39,855 nt of DNA from Oscillospiraceae bacterium (GCA_051658665.1 JBOFNA010000045.1:1-39855); one strand, 5' to 3'; counted from the first letter of the stretch, positions 17,649 to 27,108 are shown. Made by a program: numbers and translations. The notes: generated by a model not told the origin, from the letters alone.

Positions 17649-18496
17649 TGAAAAACCATAAATTTGACCTATACCTAGAAAACGAAAGAGGGGAAAAGCT
17701 TGACTTAATAAGTGGATCGTTCTTTCTCTACGTTGACACTTTAGAATTTAAGAGGGCGATTGAATATGATAGCCTTTCGATTTACCAATACATTTACACA
17801 AGTTTCAAAAGAGAGTTGAGCGAAAGTTATATAACAATCAAAGGGGCTTGTGATAGTGTTGAAAATTGGTTAATCACTAGAGATTTCCTTTGCGAGGAAA
17901 ACCAACAATTTAAATTGGTTTTCAAAGATTACAACGAAGGGGAACTGCACTATCATTACTGTGCATACTCAAACATCACAAAACGCCAAAAATTAAGATT
18001 TGATGAATACGATATTGACATAGATTTGAAAATACTTTCTAATTGGATAAATGAAAGGACCTATCTGTACAACACCAACAATGGAGAGGAGTTATCAAAC
18101 TATGATTACGAATATGATTTTGAGTATGGTTATGACAACGCAGCAAGCGATTACAACTCTTTTCAATTTGAAAACACAGGACATGAAAACGCCCCCGTTA
18201 AAATAACTATACCAAATGGAGCAAACAATCTGGAATTCGAGATATCCGACCTTCAAGGGAAAAAATACATAACAGGGAAGTTGAATTTAATAACGAACCA
18301 AACTATTGTAATAGACACATCTATGCAGAACAAAGGTATTTTTGTAAATGGTGTAGACGTCAGACACTTAAGAGACAGAAGTTTATCAACTTTTGGAGTG
18401 TTGCCAAAAGGAAAATATGTCCTAATTGTAAAAAACACTAGGTTAGAAAAAGAATTTGTAAAGCTAGTTGTATATAATCAACTAAGGGTGGTGTAA
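17648..18496 (+). CDS. distal tail protein (Dit-like)
   Basis: 282 aa directly after the tape measure, with a coupled start (TAATG). Confidence 0.6.
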   Translation: MKNHKFDLYLENERGEKLDLISGSFFLYVDTLEFKRAIEYDSLSIYQYIYTSFKRELSESYITIKGACDSVENWLITRDFLCEENQQFKLVFKDYNEGELHYHYCAYSNITKRQKLRFDEYDIDIDLKILSNWINERTYLYNTNNGEELSNYDYEYDFEYGYDNAASDYNSFQFENTGHENAPVKITIPNGANNLEFEISDLQGKKYITGKLNLITNQTIVIDTSMQNKGIFVNGVDVRHLRDRSLSTFGVLPKGKYVLIVKNTRLEKEFVKLVVYNQLRVV

Positions 18497-18499
18497 GAG

Positions 18500-19537
18500 T
18501 TGGAAATATTAAACAGGAAATTAGAAAACGTAGTTAATTGCAATTACAAACTAAATGAATTGGTGTTTGATAGTTTAAACAAAAACACCGCACGTTTAGA
18601 AATAACAATGCACAAAATTTCTGATGCAAACTTATTTAAAGAAGGTTACTTTTGCACATTCAACGACTTCAACAACAAAGAACAAATAGGGTTAATCACA
18701 AAAATTGATCCAGTAAGTGAAAAGGTGTACAAGTTAGAAACATCATTGAACGGACACGCTCTTCAAACTAAAGGATATATCAACGCAGGAATTACCCAAA
18801 ACCTAGGGAAAAGCACTAAAGATTTCCTTGATGACAACATAGGTGTTAATGCACTAGACGGGTTGCCCTTAACTGTAATATCAAACACAATAAATAAAGA
18901 ACTATTGTTGTTTGCGCCGCAAAATATAATTGACACTTCAACATTAATAACCCAAATGGATAGGTTGTATAATATACAAACCAAAGTAACGCTTCAAAAA
19001 AACAGGTTATATTCAATTATAGAAGATTTTACAATTAAAGATTTAGTATTAGATACTAGTGAAACTGATATTGTTGCCAACTACGATATTTTATTTACAA
19101 GTGAAACTTACCAAATGGTTAGGGTAGTTGTGAATGATACAGGCTTCTATGATTATTATTTAAAGAGCGACCGCACAATAACAAACGACCCAAACGACCC
19201 TCTAAGAGTTCCAATCACAAACAGAACTATAGAACGCATTGACAACGTTAGCGTATCAACAGAAGATATAGAGATTAAAGCTTCTGAGGCGTTGGCTTTT
19301 CAATACGAAAACGAAATAGAAGTGGAAGTAACAAGCAAATTCTTTGAACAATACAAGGAATTTGACATGTTAAATCAAAGAATAAACTTTATTTACCATT
19401 TAGATTATGGTATAATAAACGAGATGAAAACAATTGTGTCCAAAATAAGTACAACCAACGGAAGATGTTGGAACGTAACTTTAGGACTTGCAAGGACAAG
19501 ATTGACTGATAAATTGAAAATGAAAGGAGTGTTGTAA
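18500..19537 (+). CDS. tail-associated/baseplate protein (short Tal-like minor structural protein)
   Basis: Synteny after Dit. TTG start follows SD AAGGGTGG. Confidence 0.5.
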   Translation: MEILNRKLENVVNCNYKLNELVFDSLNKNTARLEITMHKISDANLFKEGYFCTFNDFNNKEQIGLITKIDPVSEKVYKLETSLNGHALQTKGYINAGITQNLGKSTKDFLDDNIGVNALDGLPLTVISNTINKELLLFAPQNIIDTSTLITQMDRLYNIQTKVTLQKNRLYSIIEDFTIKDLVLDTSETDIVANYDILFTSETYQMVRVVVNDTGFYDYYLKSDRTITNDPNDPLRVPITNRTIERIDNVSVSTEDIEIKASEALAFQYENEIEVEVTSKFFEQYKEFDMLNQRINFIYHLDYGIINEMKTIVSKISTTNGRCWNVTLGLARTRLTDKLKMKGVL

Positions 19538-20776
19538 GTGGCTAATCAAATATTAAGCACTGTAGTTGGTGGAAAGTTAACTTCCAGACTTCACAGTGCC
19601 GTATTAAATCATAATGCCTTGGTAGATGTAGTTTTCAAAGGTTATGGAGAAGTTTATAAATACACATTTACGGGAAGTACTCTATCAATAGGTACTGGAG
19701 CTGGAACTGTCGGCGGAAGAGTAATAGAAAACGATCAGATAGTGAACACCCAAATAACGAGCAATTATTATTTTAGAGTTTTAAGAGAAGTCAACCTAGG
19801 GGCTAAGACTGCTAGTTTAATTATCCAACAACAGGCAAGCAGTTCTTTTGCACCATTAATAACAACCGACCTTCAGTCTAACCCGAGTGGAATTAGGCAA
19901 GATTTACTTTACAATGGACGCAACATAAACGGAGTGTTGAGTGTAACTAGTGATTATATTATTGCGAAATCAAGAAATATGAATGATGTAATAGCAGATG
20001 TGGACAAAAGTAAAAACGATTTAAGCGGAAAAGTTAGTAAAACCGGCGACACCATGAGTGGTGCTTTAACTTTACCAGCAGTTAATCCAACGAACAGCTA
20101 CCAAGCGGCGCATAAGGCTTACGTTGATTTGGGGCAAAGGCATAAACTAACACAAGATAGTGGGTGGCTTTGGGAGGGTAGTTCAGCAAAAAGTAATGAT
20201 TACAATTTACAAACAACCACTGGTTTTTATTACATGTGGGGTAACGCTTTAAATAGACCAACCCCTGATAATCAACCTGCTTTTGTTACAATAACAAAAT
20301 ATAACACTGTCATTGTTCAGTCGGCTTTTATGTTTGATACTGGTGAAACATATGTAAGGCGAAATGCTGGAGGTTGGTTTCCTTGGGTAAGGCTTCTAAC
20401 CCACGAAGATAATGTAGATAAAGTTGTCTATCTGAATTACACCGGGCTATCTTCAAAAGGCGACATTGGTACTGAAATATATATAGGTGTAGATTTGTTA
20501 GAATATGAAGAAGTACTGCTAGAAATTGCAAGAGGCACTGCTTACTTTCAGTTAGAGGGTTCAGTTTCTGAACAAGGATATGCCGAGTGTTCAGTTACAT
20601 ACAGAGGTCTTGAAAGCGAAATATATACTCAAGTTACAAGAGTGGCAAGAACTAGTGCAACAACCATTAGATTGAATCGTGGTAAGGAAACAGTCGTGGT
20701 AAATGGTGGAGCAACTATATTTAGAGATATGTCAAATATTACTAAAGTTGCATTACTTGGAAAGAAGGTGCTTTGA
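19538..20776 (+). CDS. tail fibre / receptor-binding protein
   Basis: The motif SKTGDTMSGALTLP is common in phage fibre proteins. GTG start follows SD AAAGGAG. It is the last large structural gene. Confidence 0.6.
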   Translation: MANQILSTVVGGKLTSRLHSAVLNHNALVDVVFKGYGEVYKYTFTGSTLSIGTGAGTVGGRVIENDQIVNTQITSNYYFRVLREVNLGAKTASLIIQQQASSSFAPLITTDLQSNPSGIRQDLLYNGRNINGVLSVTSDYIIAKSRNMNDVIADVDKSKNDLSGKVSKTGDTMSGALTLPAVNPTNSYQAAHKAYVDLGQRHKLTQDSGWLWEGSSAKSNDYNLQTTTGFYYMWGNALNRPTPDNQPAFVTITKYNTVIVQSAFMFDTGETYVRRNAGGWFPWVRLLTHEDNVDKVVYLNYTGLSSKGDIGTEIYIGVDLLEYEEVLLEIARGTAYFQLEGSVSEQGYAECSVTYRGLESEIYTQVTRVARTSATTIRLNRGKETVVVNGGATIFRDMSNITKVALLGKKVL

Positions 20777-21093
20777 TGAACGATATTCCAACTTATTTAG
20801 TTATAGAAAATAATTTAATAGTAGCAGTAATTAGCGGTGTTGAAATCATCGCAAGAAAAACTGATGTGTTAATCAAAGACGTTTCAGAAGATTTAATTAA
20901 AGAAATCAACAATCCATTAATTAATGGCATTTCAAAACAATTTACTTATGTTAATAGTAAGATTGTCGCCAAAACTTTAAAAATAGAAGAAGTTGTTGAC
21001 AAGGCAGTTTTGTTACAACAAAAAGTAGAGAGTTTAGAAAATGATATTCAGGACATATATATCTACATCGATATATTGGGAGGAGGTGTTTAA
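20776..21093 (+). CDS. hypothetical protein (fibre-associated)
   Basis: ATG 20776 overlaps the preceding TGA (TGATG). The product has a coiled-coil C-terminus. Confidence 0.5.
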   Translation: MNDIPTYLVIENNLIVAVISGVEIIARKTDVLIKDVSEDLIKEINNPLINGISKQFTYVNSKIVAKTLKIEEVVDKAVLLQQKVESLENDIQDIYIYIDILGGGV

Positions 21094-21094
21094 T

Positions 21095-21238
21095 ATGGAA
21101 TTAAATCAAGGTAAAATCAGAGTTTTAGGGCAATTAATTATAAGAGGGAGAAAATCTTTAAATCAAGTTGAAGAAGATTACCGAGAAGCAGTTGAAGTCT
21201 ATCTTTTAGAGCAGGGTTTTTACGATGAAAAGAAATAG
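21095..21238 (+). CDS. small hypothetical protein (XkdX-like position)
   Basis: 47 aa from ATG 21095, preceded by SD GGAGGAGG. The ORF-track start at 21041 overlaps the upstream gene. Confidence 0.45.
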   Translation: MELNQGKIRVLGQLIIRGRKSLNQVEEDYREAVEVYLLEQGFYDEKK

Positions 21239-21263
21239 CTTGTGGAAAGTGAGGGGAAAGTAA

Positions 21264-21503
21264 ATGGATAGAGATGAAGAAATATTTAACCAACATCAAG
21301 AGTTATACTTGGATAATAAGTTTGTCGAAAAAACAACGTTTTATGATTATCAAAAAATACAAGATGATAAGATTGCTAACCATGAAAAAGAGTTTACAAG
21401 AGTGTTATTATCATTGAAAATTATTGCTATAATAACCACTGGTATAGCCTTTCCTATGATAATGATGTTGCTTAATTTGCTAATAACAGAATTGAGAGAG
21501 TAG
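21264..21503 (+). CDS. XhlA-like membrane protein (lysis-cassette accessory)
   Basis: 79 aa with an N-terminal coiled-coil region and one C-terminal TM helix (LLSLKIIAIITTGIAFPMIMMLLNLLI). It lies upstream of the holin and amidase, as in the PBSX xhlA arrangement. Confidence 0.5.
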   Translation: MDRDEEIFNQHQELYLDNKFVEKTTFYDYQKIQDDKIANHEKEFTRVLLSLKIIAIITTGIAFPMIMMLLNLLITELRE

Positions 21504-21532
21504 CAATTACTCTTTTGAAAGGGGGTGGATAT

Positions 21533-21646
21533 ATGAATAGTTTTATGTGTAAAATGACAGGCGGGCATAGCTACAGATACTATGGTGTAATTAATGGAGT
21601 TTCAATTTATAAATGCAGCAAGTGCGGAGCATTAGTTTCAATGTAA
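21533..21646 (+). CDS. 37-aa Cys/His small protein (zinc-ribbon-like); not in the ORF track
   Basis: Hand translation: MNSFMCKMTGGHSYRYYGVINGVSIYKCSKCGALVSM. SD AAAGGGGGTGG lies 5 nt upstream. Confidence 0.4.
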   Translation: MNSFMCKMTGGHSYRYYGVINGVSIYKCSKCGALVSM

Positions 21647-21669
21647 ATTAAAGAAAAGAGGTGTATTTA

Positions 21670-21858
21670 ATGCAAGATTTAATTAAAAGAATAGAAGTAG
21701 AAAAGAATGAATTGGATATTAAAATTGAAAAGCTAGGTTATTTTTTAGGAAAAGAAAATGATTTAGAACCTAACCAAATGGATCTACTAGACCAACAATT
21801 TAAAACTATGAAAGAATATAGTAATATCCTTTCTCAAAGACTTCAATTACTGAAGTAA
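21670..21858 (+). CDS. small conserved phage protein of unknown function
   Basis: 62 aa from ATG 21670, preceded by SD AAAGAGG. The pattern L..FL......L...Q..LL..Q...M..Y...L..R recurs in small phage proteins. Confidence 0.5.
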   Translation: MQDLIKRIEVEKNELDIKIEKLGYFLGKENDLEPNQMDLLDQQFKTMKEYSNILSQRLQLLK

Positions 21859-21862
21859 TCCA

Positions 21863-21886
21863 AGGGGCTTTATGCCCCTATTTTTA
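21863..21886 (+). terminator. intrinsic terminator
   Basis: AGGGGC(21863-21868), loop TTTAT, GCCCCT(21874-21879), then ATTTTT. Confidence 0.7.
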
Positions 21887-21905
21887 AAATAAGGAGGAAC
21901 AAAAT

Positions 21906-22346
21906 ATGGAAAGAACAACTTTAATAATTAGCCAATTATTAACACTATCAGTTTTGGTATATGCAACTATTGATGTAATCGGGCAAGTAGCAGATAAGGC
22001 AATTTCTAAGAAATACACGTACTTCATCAAAAAAGGTGGTGCTATAATTTTAGGTATATATTTATGTTTATATTTCAAAACAGATATTACTTTTTTAGTT
22101 AGAACGCAATATGATGCAATTGGGGCAGTAATGGCAGGTGTAATCATTAGCCAAGGTACAGGGTATGTTAAAGATATATTCAATCAACTTAACCAAGGTG
22201 CTAAAGATAGTGAAACTATAGCAGAAGAATTAAACTCTAGTTTGAAAGAGCTAAGCATTGAAGAAATAAGCGAAATCACAACTGAAGCACTGGAAGAAAA
22301 AGGAGTACTGTTTACGGAAGAGCTAGAAAACGGAAGAGGTTACTAA
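21906..22346 (+). CDS. holin (putative, multi-TM)
   Basis: Three hydrophobic segments followed by a charged C-terminal tail. It lies immediately upstream of the endolysin and has a strong SD AAGGAGG. Confidence 0.65.
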   Translation: MERTTLIISQLLTLSVLVYATIDVIGQVADKAISKKYTYFIKKGGAIILGIYLCLYFKTDITFLVRTQYDAIGAVMAGVIISQGTGYVKDIFNQLNQGAKDSETIAEELNSSLKELSIEEISEITTEALEEKGVLFTEELENGRGY

Positions 22347-23444
22347 ATGCCATTACTTCCTATTCAAAAAATGATTATTCCAACATTCCCACAAGAACCA
22401 ATGACAGGAATAAAAGGAATAGCCATTCATAATACATATTCAACCGCTAGTGCTTATCAAGAGGCATTAAGAGTTCAGAACCCAAACGCTTATAACAATG
22501 GTTGCACCACTTTTTGGGTCGATGATATTGAAAGTTGGCAAACCATTCCAGACGGAATAACAGGTTGGCATTTAGGTGTATATTCAGAAAATCAAAGATA
22601 TATAGGTATTGAGGTATGCAAATCAAGAAGTGATGAAGCCACATATTTAAAAGCTTTAGACAACGCCTTAGAATTGGCTACTTATTTATGCAAGGTTTAT
22701 GGTCTGAATGAAAATAATATAGTACATCACAATCAGTTCTATGCCACTGCTTGTCCTCATCGTTCAATTGAAATCTTTGGAGGAATAGACCAAGCACTAT
22801 TTAAGCATAGAGAAATAGTAAGAAATAAATTAAATGGGGCAACACCAACACCAACACCGGAAGAGAAAAGAGGCGATAGAATGAAACCAACATTACCATT
22901 TATTAGCACATTATGTGAAGTAAACGCAGATAGTAATTTCTTTTATGTAAACGACACAGACAATCCAAGAACAGACATTCCAATGCTAAAGGCAGGGGAG
23001 CAAGTAGTGGTTCATCATGTATTTATTCAAGACGCTAAAAGACCGGCTGTTTGGCATGGGCTTTGCTATAGACCAAATACACCAGACGCAGTAGCCTTAG
23101 TTAGACTAGAAGAGGGCGACCGAAAATATTACAAAGTGCTAGGCGAGTACTTGCCGCCAGTACCGGTTCAACCTGATTTAAAGGTAAACACTTTAGATAA
23201 GCCCATTAAAGGTGTATTGATTACTGAATTAACCAAGCGTATTTTGTCAAAAGACAAAAAAAAGGTCGAGCAAACAGACATCAAATATCCTAAAGGCTCA
23301 ATTTTAGAGTATCAATATTATGTTGATTTCAATAATATTAGATATATTTTTAAAGACAAAGAATGCCAAGTAGGCGTAAGTCTAGCTCCACTACCAGTTG
23401 CGGAAGACAAAAAGAACGTGATCGATTTAAAGGCAAGCATTTAA
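22347..23444 (+). CDS. endolysin: N-acetylmuramoyl-L-alanine amidase (Amidase_2/PGRP) plus C-terminal wall-binding domain
   Basis: GIAIHNT...GWHLGV...IGIEVC...VHHNQF..TACPH is an Amidase_2 signature. A TPTPTPEE linker precedes a ~190-aa C-terminal domain. Confidence 0.85.
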   Translation: MPLLPIQKMIIPTFPQEPMTGIKGIAIHNTYSTASAYQEALRVQNPNAYNNGCTTFWVDDIESWQTIPDGITGWHLGVYSENQRYIGIEVCKSRSDEATYLKALDNALELATYLCKVYGLNENNIVHHNQFYATACPHRSIEIFGGIDQALFKHREIVRNKLNGATPTPTPEEKRGDRMKPTLPFISTLCEVNADSNFFYVNDTDNPRTDIPMLKAGEQVVVHHVFIQDAKRPAVWHGLCYRPNTPDAVALVRLEEGDRKYYKVLGEYLPPVPVQPDLKVNTLDKPIKGVLITELTKRILSKDKKKVEQTDIKYPKGSILEYQYYVDFNNIRYIFKDKECQVGVSLAPLPVAEDKKNVIDLKASI

Positions 23445-23447
23445 GAT

Positions 23448-23672
23448 ATGGCGTTAAAAACTCTTTACAAATTAAAGCCAGACACTCTAATAAGCTTGTG
23501 TAAAGAACTTAATTACCGACCAGAAAAGATAGATATGTGTTTAAAGTTTTATTACTTTAGATATAGAATTAAAGAAATGGTTGGCGATTATGGCGTTACA
23601 GAACAAACGCTTAGAACGTATAAATATAGGTATGCAAAAGACATATACAAAGTGTATGTTTCACGCATATAA
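23448..23672 (+). CDS. small HTH protein (sigma-70 region-4-like), putative regulator
   Basis: 74 aa. IKEMVGDYGVTEQTLRTYKYRYAKDI resembles a helix-turn-helix. The SD is weak. Confidence 0.35.
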   Translation: MALKTLYKLKPDTLISLCKELNYRPEKIDMCLKFYYFRYRIKEMVGDYGVTEQTLRTYKYRYAKDIYKVYVSRI

Positions 23673-23754
23673 TTTAAATAAGAACTCCTTTATAATTAGT
23701 TTAGGTAGCAATAATTAGCTATCAATTTAAATTAAAGAAAGGAGTTTTTATATT

Positions 23755-24369
23755 ATGAATTTAGACAGTGAAACACAAATTTTAGGTGGTGGTTACAGTA
23801 ATGGAGGTAGTGGAAATCTATTAGAGGGTTTAATCTTTGGAGCATTACTTAGTGGCAATGGTTTAGGTGGTAATCGTGGTGCAGTAGTAGCTGATGAAAC
23901 GTGCAATCAAACATTACAATTAATTCAAGCAGGTACAGCTAACACTAATCAAATATCACAAACTTTAGCAAATGGTTTTAGTGGTGTTCAAAATCGTTTT
24001 GACAGTGTGTCTAATGGTTTAGTTACTGGTTTTGCAGGAGTTAACAGCGCAGTTAATGAAGTTAAGAGTGCTATTTTAGAAAGTAAGTACGACACTGCTT
24101 TACAAATGTGCCAACAAACTAATATCCTTAGCACGCAAATGAATGCAGGCTTTCAAGGCATTAAAGACCAAATGAATTGCCAAGTGGTAAAAGATTTAGA
24201 GAGACAATTAGCAGTAGCAGAGAACGGTGGTCCAATTGTAAGAGCGGGTACTTTTGTACAAGCTAACCCTTGCCAAGATAATGCAAGAATAACAAATATT
24301 GAGCAAACAGTTATACAAGTAGGAAACGCATTAAGTGCTATTCAAGGTGCTTTAGTAACAGGTAAGTAG
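23755..24369 (+). CDS. glycine-zipper N-terminal / Gln-Asn-rich helical protein with 4 Cys, unknown function (cargo gene)
   Basis: N-terminus is GGGYSNGGSGNLLEGLIFGALLSGNGLGGNRG. Four spaced Cys residues are present. The gene has its own SD AAAGGAG and a following hairpin. Confidence 0.6.
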   Translation: MNLDSETQILGGGYSNGGSGNLLEGLIFGALLSGNGLGGNRGAVVADETCNQTLQLIQAGTANTNQISQTLANGFSGVQNRFDSVSNGLVTGFAGVNSAVNEVKSAILESKYDTALQMCQQTNILSTQMNAGFQGIKDQMNCQVVKDLERQLAVAENGGPIVRAGTFVQANPCQDNARITNIEQTVIQVGNALSAIQGALVTGK

Positions 24370-24380
24370 ATAACAAGAAA

Positions 24381-24412
24381 AAGGCTAGGGCTTAAATTAG
24401 CCTTAGTCATTT
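24381..24412 (+). terminator. possible weak terminator
   Basis: AAGGCTA(24381-24387)/TAGCCTT(24398-24404) with a 10-nt loop. Only a short T run follows. Confidence 0.35.
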
Positions 24413-24437
24413 TAATTATTATAGGAGGTATTTCAAT

Positions 24438-24803
24438 ATGGACGCTTACCAACAGTTTCTAAACCAGCAATTGCAGTCTTTGCAAGCCAACGCACAACAA
24501 GGGTTACAACAATACCAATCACAAATACAACCACAAGCTATTGCAAGCCCGCAACAAGTCCAAATCAGTCAAGAACAACAATTGTACCAAGAATTCTTAA
24601 AGTCCAACGAGGGCGTTAAAAGTGTACAAAGAACGCAATCCGACTTTAAAGAGTGGTACAACAATAAATTAGGTATCACAGATAACTCTAATGAATTGCA
24701 AGCTAAGATAGATGAACAAGCAAAGCAATTAGAAGAACAAGGTAAATTGTTAGAACAAATACAAAAACAACTGAAAGGAGTAAATAAGCACAATGGAAAG
24801 TAA
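24438..24803 (+). CDS. Gln-rich / coiled-coil protein, unknown function
   Basis: The N-terminal ~50 aa are very Q-rich (QQFLNQQLQSLQANAQQGLQQYQSQIQPQ...). The C-terminus is coiled coil. SD is GGAGG. Confidence 0.6.
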   Translation: MDAYQQFLNQQLQSLQANAQQGLQQYQSQIQPQAIASPQQVQISQEQQLYQEFLKSNEGVKSVQRTQSDFKEWYNNKLGITDNSNELQAKIDEQAKQLEEQGKLLEQIQKQLKGVNKHNGK

Positions 24804-25044
24804 AGAAGATAGAATTGTTAATCACTTTAAAGATGAGTTAGAGGGATATATGGGTTATGTAGCAATGCACGATCATGAAACGGATCAATTAAAGAAACAA
24901 GGGTATGCTAAAATGGCACAAGAAGAGTTATCGCACGCTAGTTGGTTACACAACAATTACAAATGTATTCAAGACTATGTAGCAAGCATTGATAAAGAGA
25001 TAAGCGAGTTACATAAAATGAAAGAATTGATAGACAAGCTATAA
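24793..25044 (+). CDS. hypothetical helical protein (MAQEELSHASWL, ferritin-like helix motif?)
   Basis: 83 aa. Its start overlaps the upstream stop by 11 nt, suggesting translational coupling. Confidence 0.5.
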   Translation: MESKEDRIVNHFKDELEGYMGYVAMHDHETDQLKKQGYAKMAQEELSHASWLHNNYKCIQDYVASIDKEISELHKMKELIDKL

Positions 25045-25045
25045 A

Positions 25046-25077
25046 AAAAAGACTTCCTAATTAAAGGATGTCTTTTT
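25046..25077. terminator. bidirectional intrinsic terminator between the convergent late (+) and early (-) blocks
   Basis: AAAAAGACTTCC(25046-25057)/GGATGTCTTTTT(25066-25077) with one mismatch and loop TAATTAAA. An A run and a T run flank the stem. Confidence 0.7.
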
Positions 25078-25384
25078 AATTGATTTCTAATTGCATTTGT
25101 TCTGGAATGTAGTTGTTGTCATTTATTTTAATCACTAAATTAACCAACCACTTCTCAAGAGTATCTTCTAAAACGAAATCCCTTGTAGTTCCAACTATTG
25201 AACGTTCTATTTTTTCTCCTATTTTATATTTATAAACAGTCTCATCTACTCCAAACTCTAGTAAAACAAAGTTAGGTTTTATGGTCCTTCCTAATTCACT
25301 GATGTCAATATAATTATCTTTCAATTCTTTGAAAGCTCCATTTATTATAAAAGTTTTGCGTTCGTATTCATTAGCGTATTCCAT
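25076..25384 (-). CDS. hypothetical protein
   Basis: 102-aa ORF, last gene of the - strand block. Its start overlaps the upstream stop. Confidence 0.55.
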   Translation of the reverse strand: MEYANEYERKTFIINGAFKELKDNYIDISELGRTIKPNFVLLEFGVDETVYKYKIGEKIERSIVGTTRDFVLEDTLEKWLVNLVIKINDNNYIPEQMQLEIN

Positions 25385-25572
25385 TATTTAAACCCTATCC
25401 TTTCTTTGATTTCTTCGTCTGTTTCTTCATAATCATTATCAAAACAACCATGGTCTTCAGGATAATTCCCTAAATTGAAGCGGTGTTTTGCACACCAATA
25501 GCCAACGCCACAATTGGTTTCTTCAAACGCTTCACAGTCTAGACATTTTTTGATCTCCTTTTCACTTCCCAT
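25384..25572 (-). CDS. small Cys-rich acidic protein (possible zinc-binding)
   Basis: 62 aa with CLDC...C....WC...H...HGC spacing. Confidence 0.5.
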   Translation of the reverse strand: MGSEKEIKKCLDCEAFEETNCGVGYWCAKHRFNLGNYPEDHGCFDNDYEETDEEIKERIGFK

Positions 25573-25575
25573 TAT

Positions 25576-25791
25576 TTAATCTCCTCCTGTTGTTAAATAT
25601 CCGCTGCAATAATCATCTAATATATGAGTGTCAATACTCCCATTTTTTTCTACTACTAAGACTGTGTAATCATTGTAGCAATATTCTTTGAATTTCGGTT
25701 TACTATCAGTTCCAAAGAGTATAGCTAAAAGAATTAGCGTTATAATCGTTATTCCTCCTGTATTTACTATCGTTACTGCTTGTGGTTTCAT
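25576..25791 (-). CDS. small membrane protein
   Basis: One TM helix (GGITIITLILLAILFG). The ATG at 25791 lies 8 nt after SD AAGGAG. Confidence 0.5.
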   Translation of the reverse strand: MKPQAVTIVNTGGITIITLILLAILFGTDSKPKFKEYCYNDYTVLVVEKNGSIDTHILDDYCSGYLTTGGD

Positions 25792-25793
25792 TA

Positions 25794-26156
25794 TCATTTC
25801 TCCTTTCCTTGTGTTATTCTAAACCTTATTTCTCTTATTTCAAAATTGACTACACTATCAACAGGCACAAAACAGATTTCCAAAGCAGATAAGTTATCAA
25901 CGTTGTCATATATTATCTGATTAATAAGCTTGATTATAGCTCCTTTATTGATTATTTGGTTATTAGGTATATCAACATACACTTCAAGCCTTGTAGCTGC
26001 TCTTAAATCGTTTTTAAAAGGTTTATTCTTGCATAGCGCTTTAATATCTCGGTTGCCACTATTTAGATCCTTGGGTTTGCCATTTAGGTTATAACAATCT
26101 TCATATATTGGTATTTTCCAACACTCCAAAATATAAGTTTTTATAATTTGTTCCAT
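25794..26156 (-). CDS. hypothetical protein
   Basis: 120-aa ORF in the operon frame context. Confidence 0.55.
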   Translation of the reverse strand: MEQIIKTYILECWKIPIYEDCYNLNGKPKDLNSGNRDIKALCKNKPFKNDLRAATRLEVYVDIPNNQIINKGAIIKLINQIIYDNVDNLSALEICFVPVDSVVNFEIREIRFRITQGKEK

Positions 26157-26165
26157 ATTGTATTC

Positions 26166-26813
26166 CTATTCTATCCCCTTTGCTAATTTAAATAATATAA
26201 TTACTTCTATTGTTATTGGGAAGTTCCTGTTTTTGATGTACCATTCATTTGAATATTCTCGGGGAAGTCTTATATAATCAATTCTCACATCGTTACTATC
26301 GAAATATAAATAAAACTTAATCTCTTCTTTATCTTCCCAATTCGGCAACCAACCATTATTATAATCTGCAATTATTTTTAGCAGTTTAACCTCGGCTTCT
26401 TGGCGTTCAATTTCTTTTAAGGCTTCTTCTTCTGTTAAAAAACAGTTGCCAATTTCCCTTTTCCTTAAATCGGTAGGCGATGAAGTCCACACCTTGAAAT
26501 GAATTATCCCAATGTTAGAAAGATAGTAATAATAATCTCCGCTTTCCAACTCCCACACGCTCTTTTTAACTCTAGGGTCTTCAAGTCCCCACAATGCAAT
26601 TGCTTTGTCTAACGTGTCATAGTCTTCATTTTCCACGCCAAATATATGGTTATGACGCTCAAACAAGTAGCCATATGTTTTGCCTGATTTTTTTTCAAAG
26701 CATATAGTGTCTATATTATCATTATTTATCAACAATCTATACCTGTTATAGTTATCGTATTCATTTTTAGGTATAAGTTTAAACTCATATTCAATATTTA
26801 TAGTATTTTTCAT
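26166..26813 (-). CDS. hypothetical protein
   Basis: ATG 26813 is preceded by GAGGA at 8 nt. The ORF-track start at 26834 has no SD. Confidence 0.55.
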   Translation of the reverse strand: MKNTINIEYEFKLIPKNEYDNYNRYRLLINNDNIDTICFEKKSGKTYGYLFERHNHIFGVENEDYDTLDKAIALWGLEDPRVKKSVWELESGDYYYYLSNIGIIHFKVWTSSPTDLRKREIGNCFLTEEEALKEIERQEAEVKLLKIIADYNNGWLPNWEDKEEIKFYLYFDSNDVRIDYIRLPREYSNEWYIKNRNFPITIEVIILFKLAKGIE

Positions 26814-26814
26814 T

Positions 26815-27081
26815 TTATTTATCCTCGCTTTCATCTTGGTATATATTACCTTTTACATCTTGATTATCTTGAAATAAATTATATTCAAATGTTTGATTTA
26901 AATCACCCTCAAAATCCGATAAATCTAGGTTTGAAATATCAATATTACCTTTTGTGTTGGTAAATAACAGTTTTACAAGTTCTGTTTTAGAATAAACTTC
27001 TTCTGGATTAATCATATTGATTACTTCTTGTCCCTTTACTCCTGTTACTGTTACGTCCTTATTAAAATCTAATGTTTTCAT
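26815..27081 (-). CDS. hypothetical acidic protein
   Basis: ATG 27081 follows SD AAAGGAG. Confidence 0.55.
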   Translation of the reverse strand: MKTLDFNKDVTVTGVKGQEVINMINPEEVYSKTELVKLLFTNTKGNIDISNLDLSDFEGDLNQTFEYNLFQDNQDVKGNIYQDESEDK

Positions 27082-27108
27082 TTTAATCACTCCTTTTGTT
27101 TTGTTGTT

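Noticed and set aside
23755-23790. A double-glycine bacteriocin leader (MNLDSETQILGG) at the N-terminus of the Gly-rich protein.
   Set aside because: The leader is shorter than typical, and the conserved E(-8)/L(-7) positions are shifted. The 204-aa mature part is far larger than class II bacteriocins. No ABC transporter/peptidase or immunity gene is nearby.
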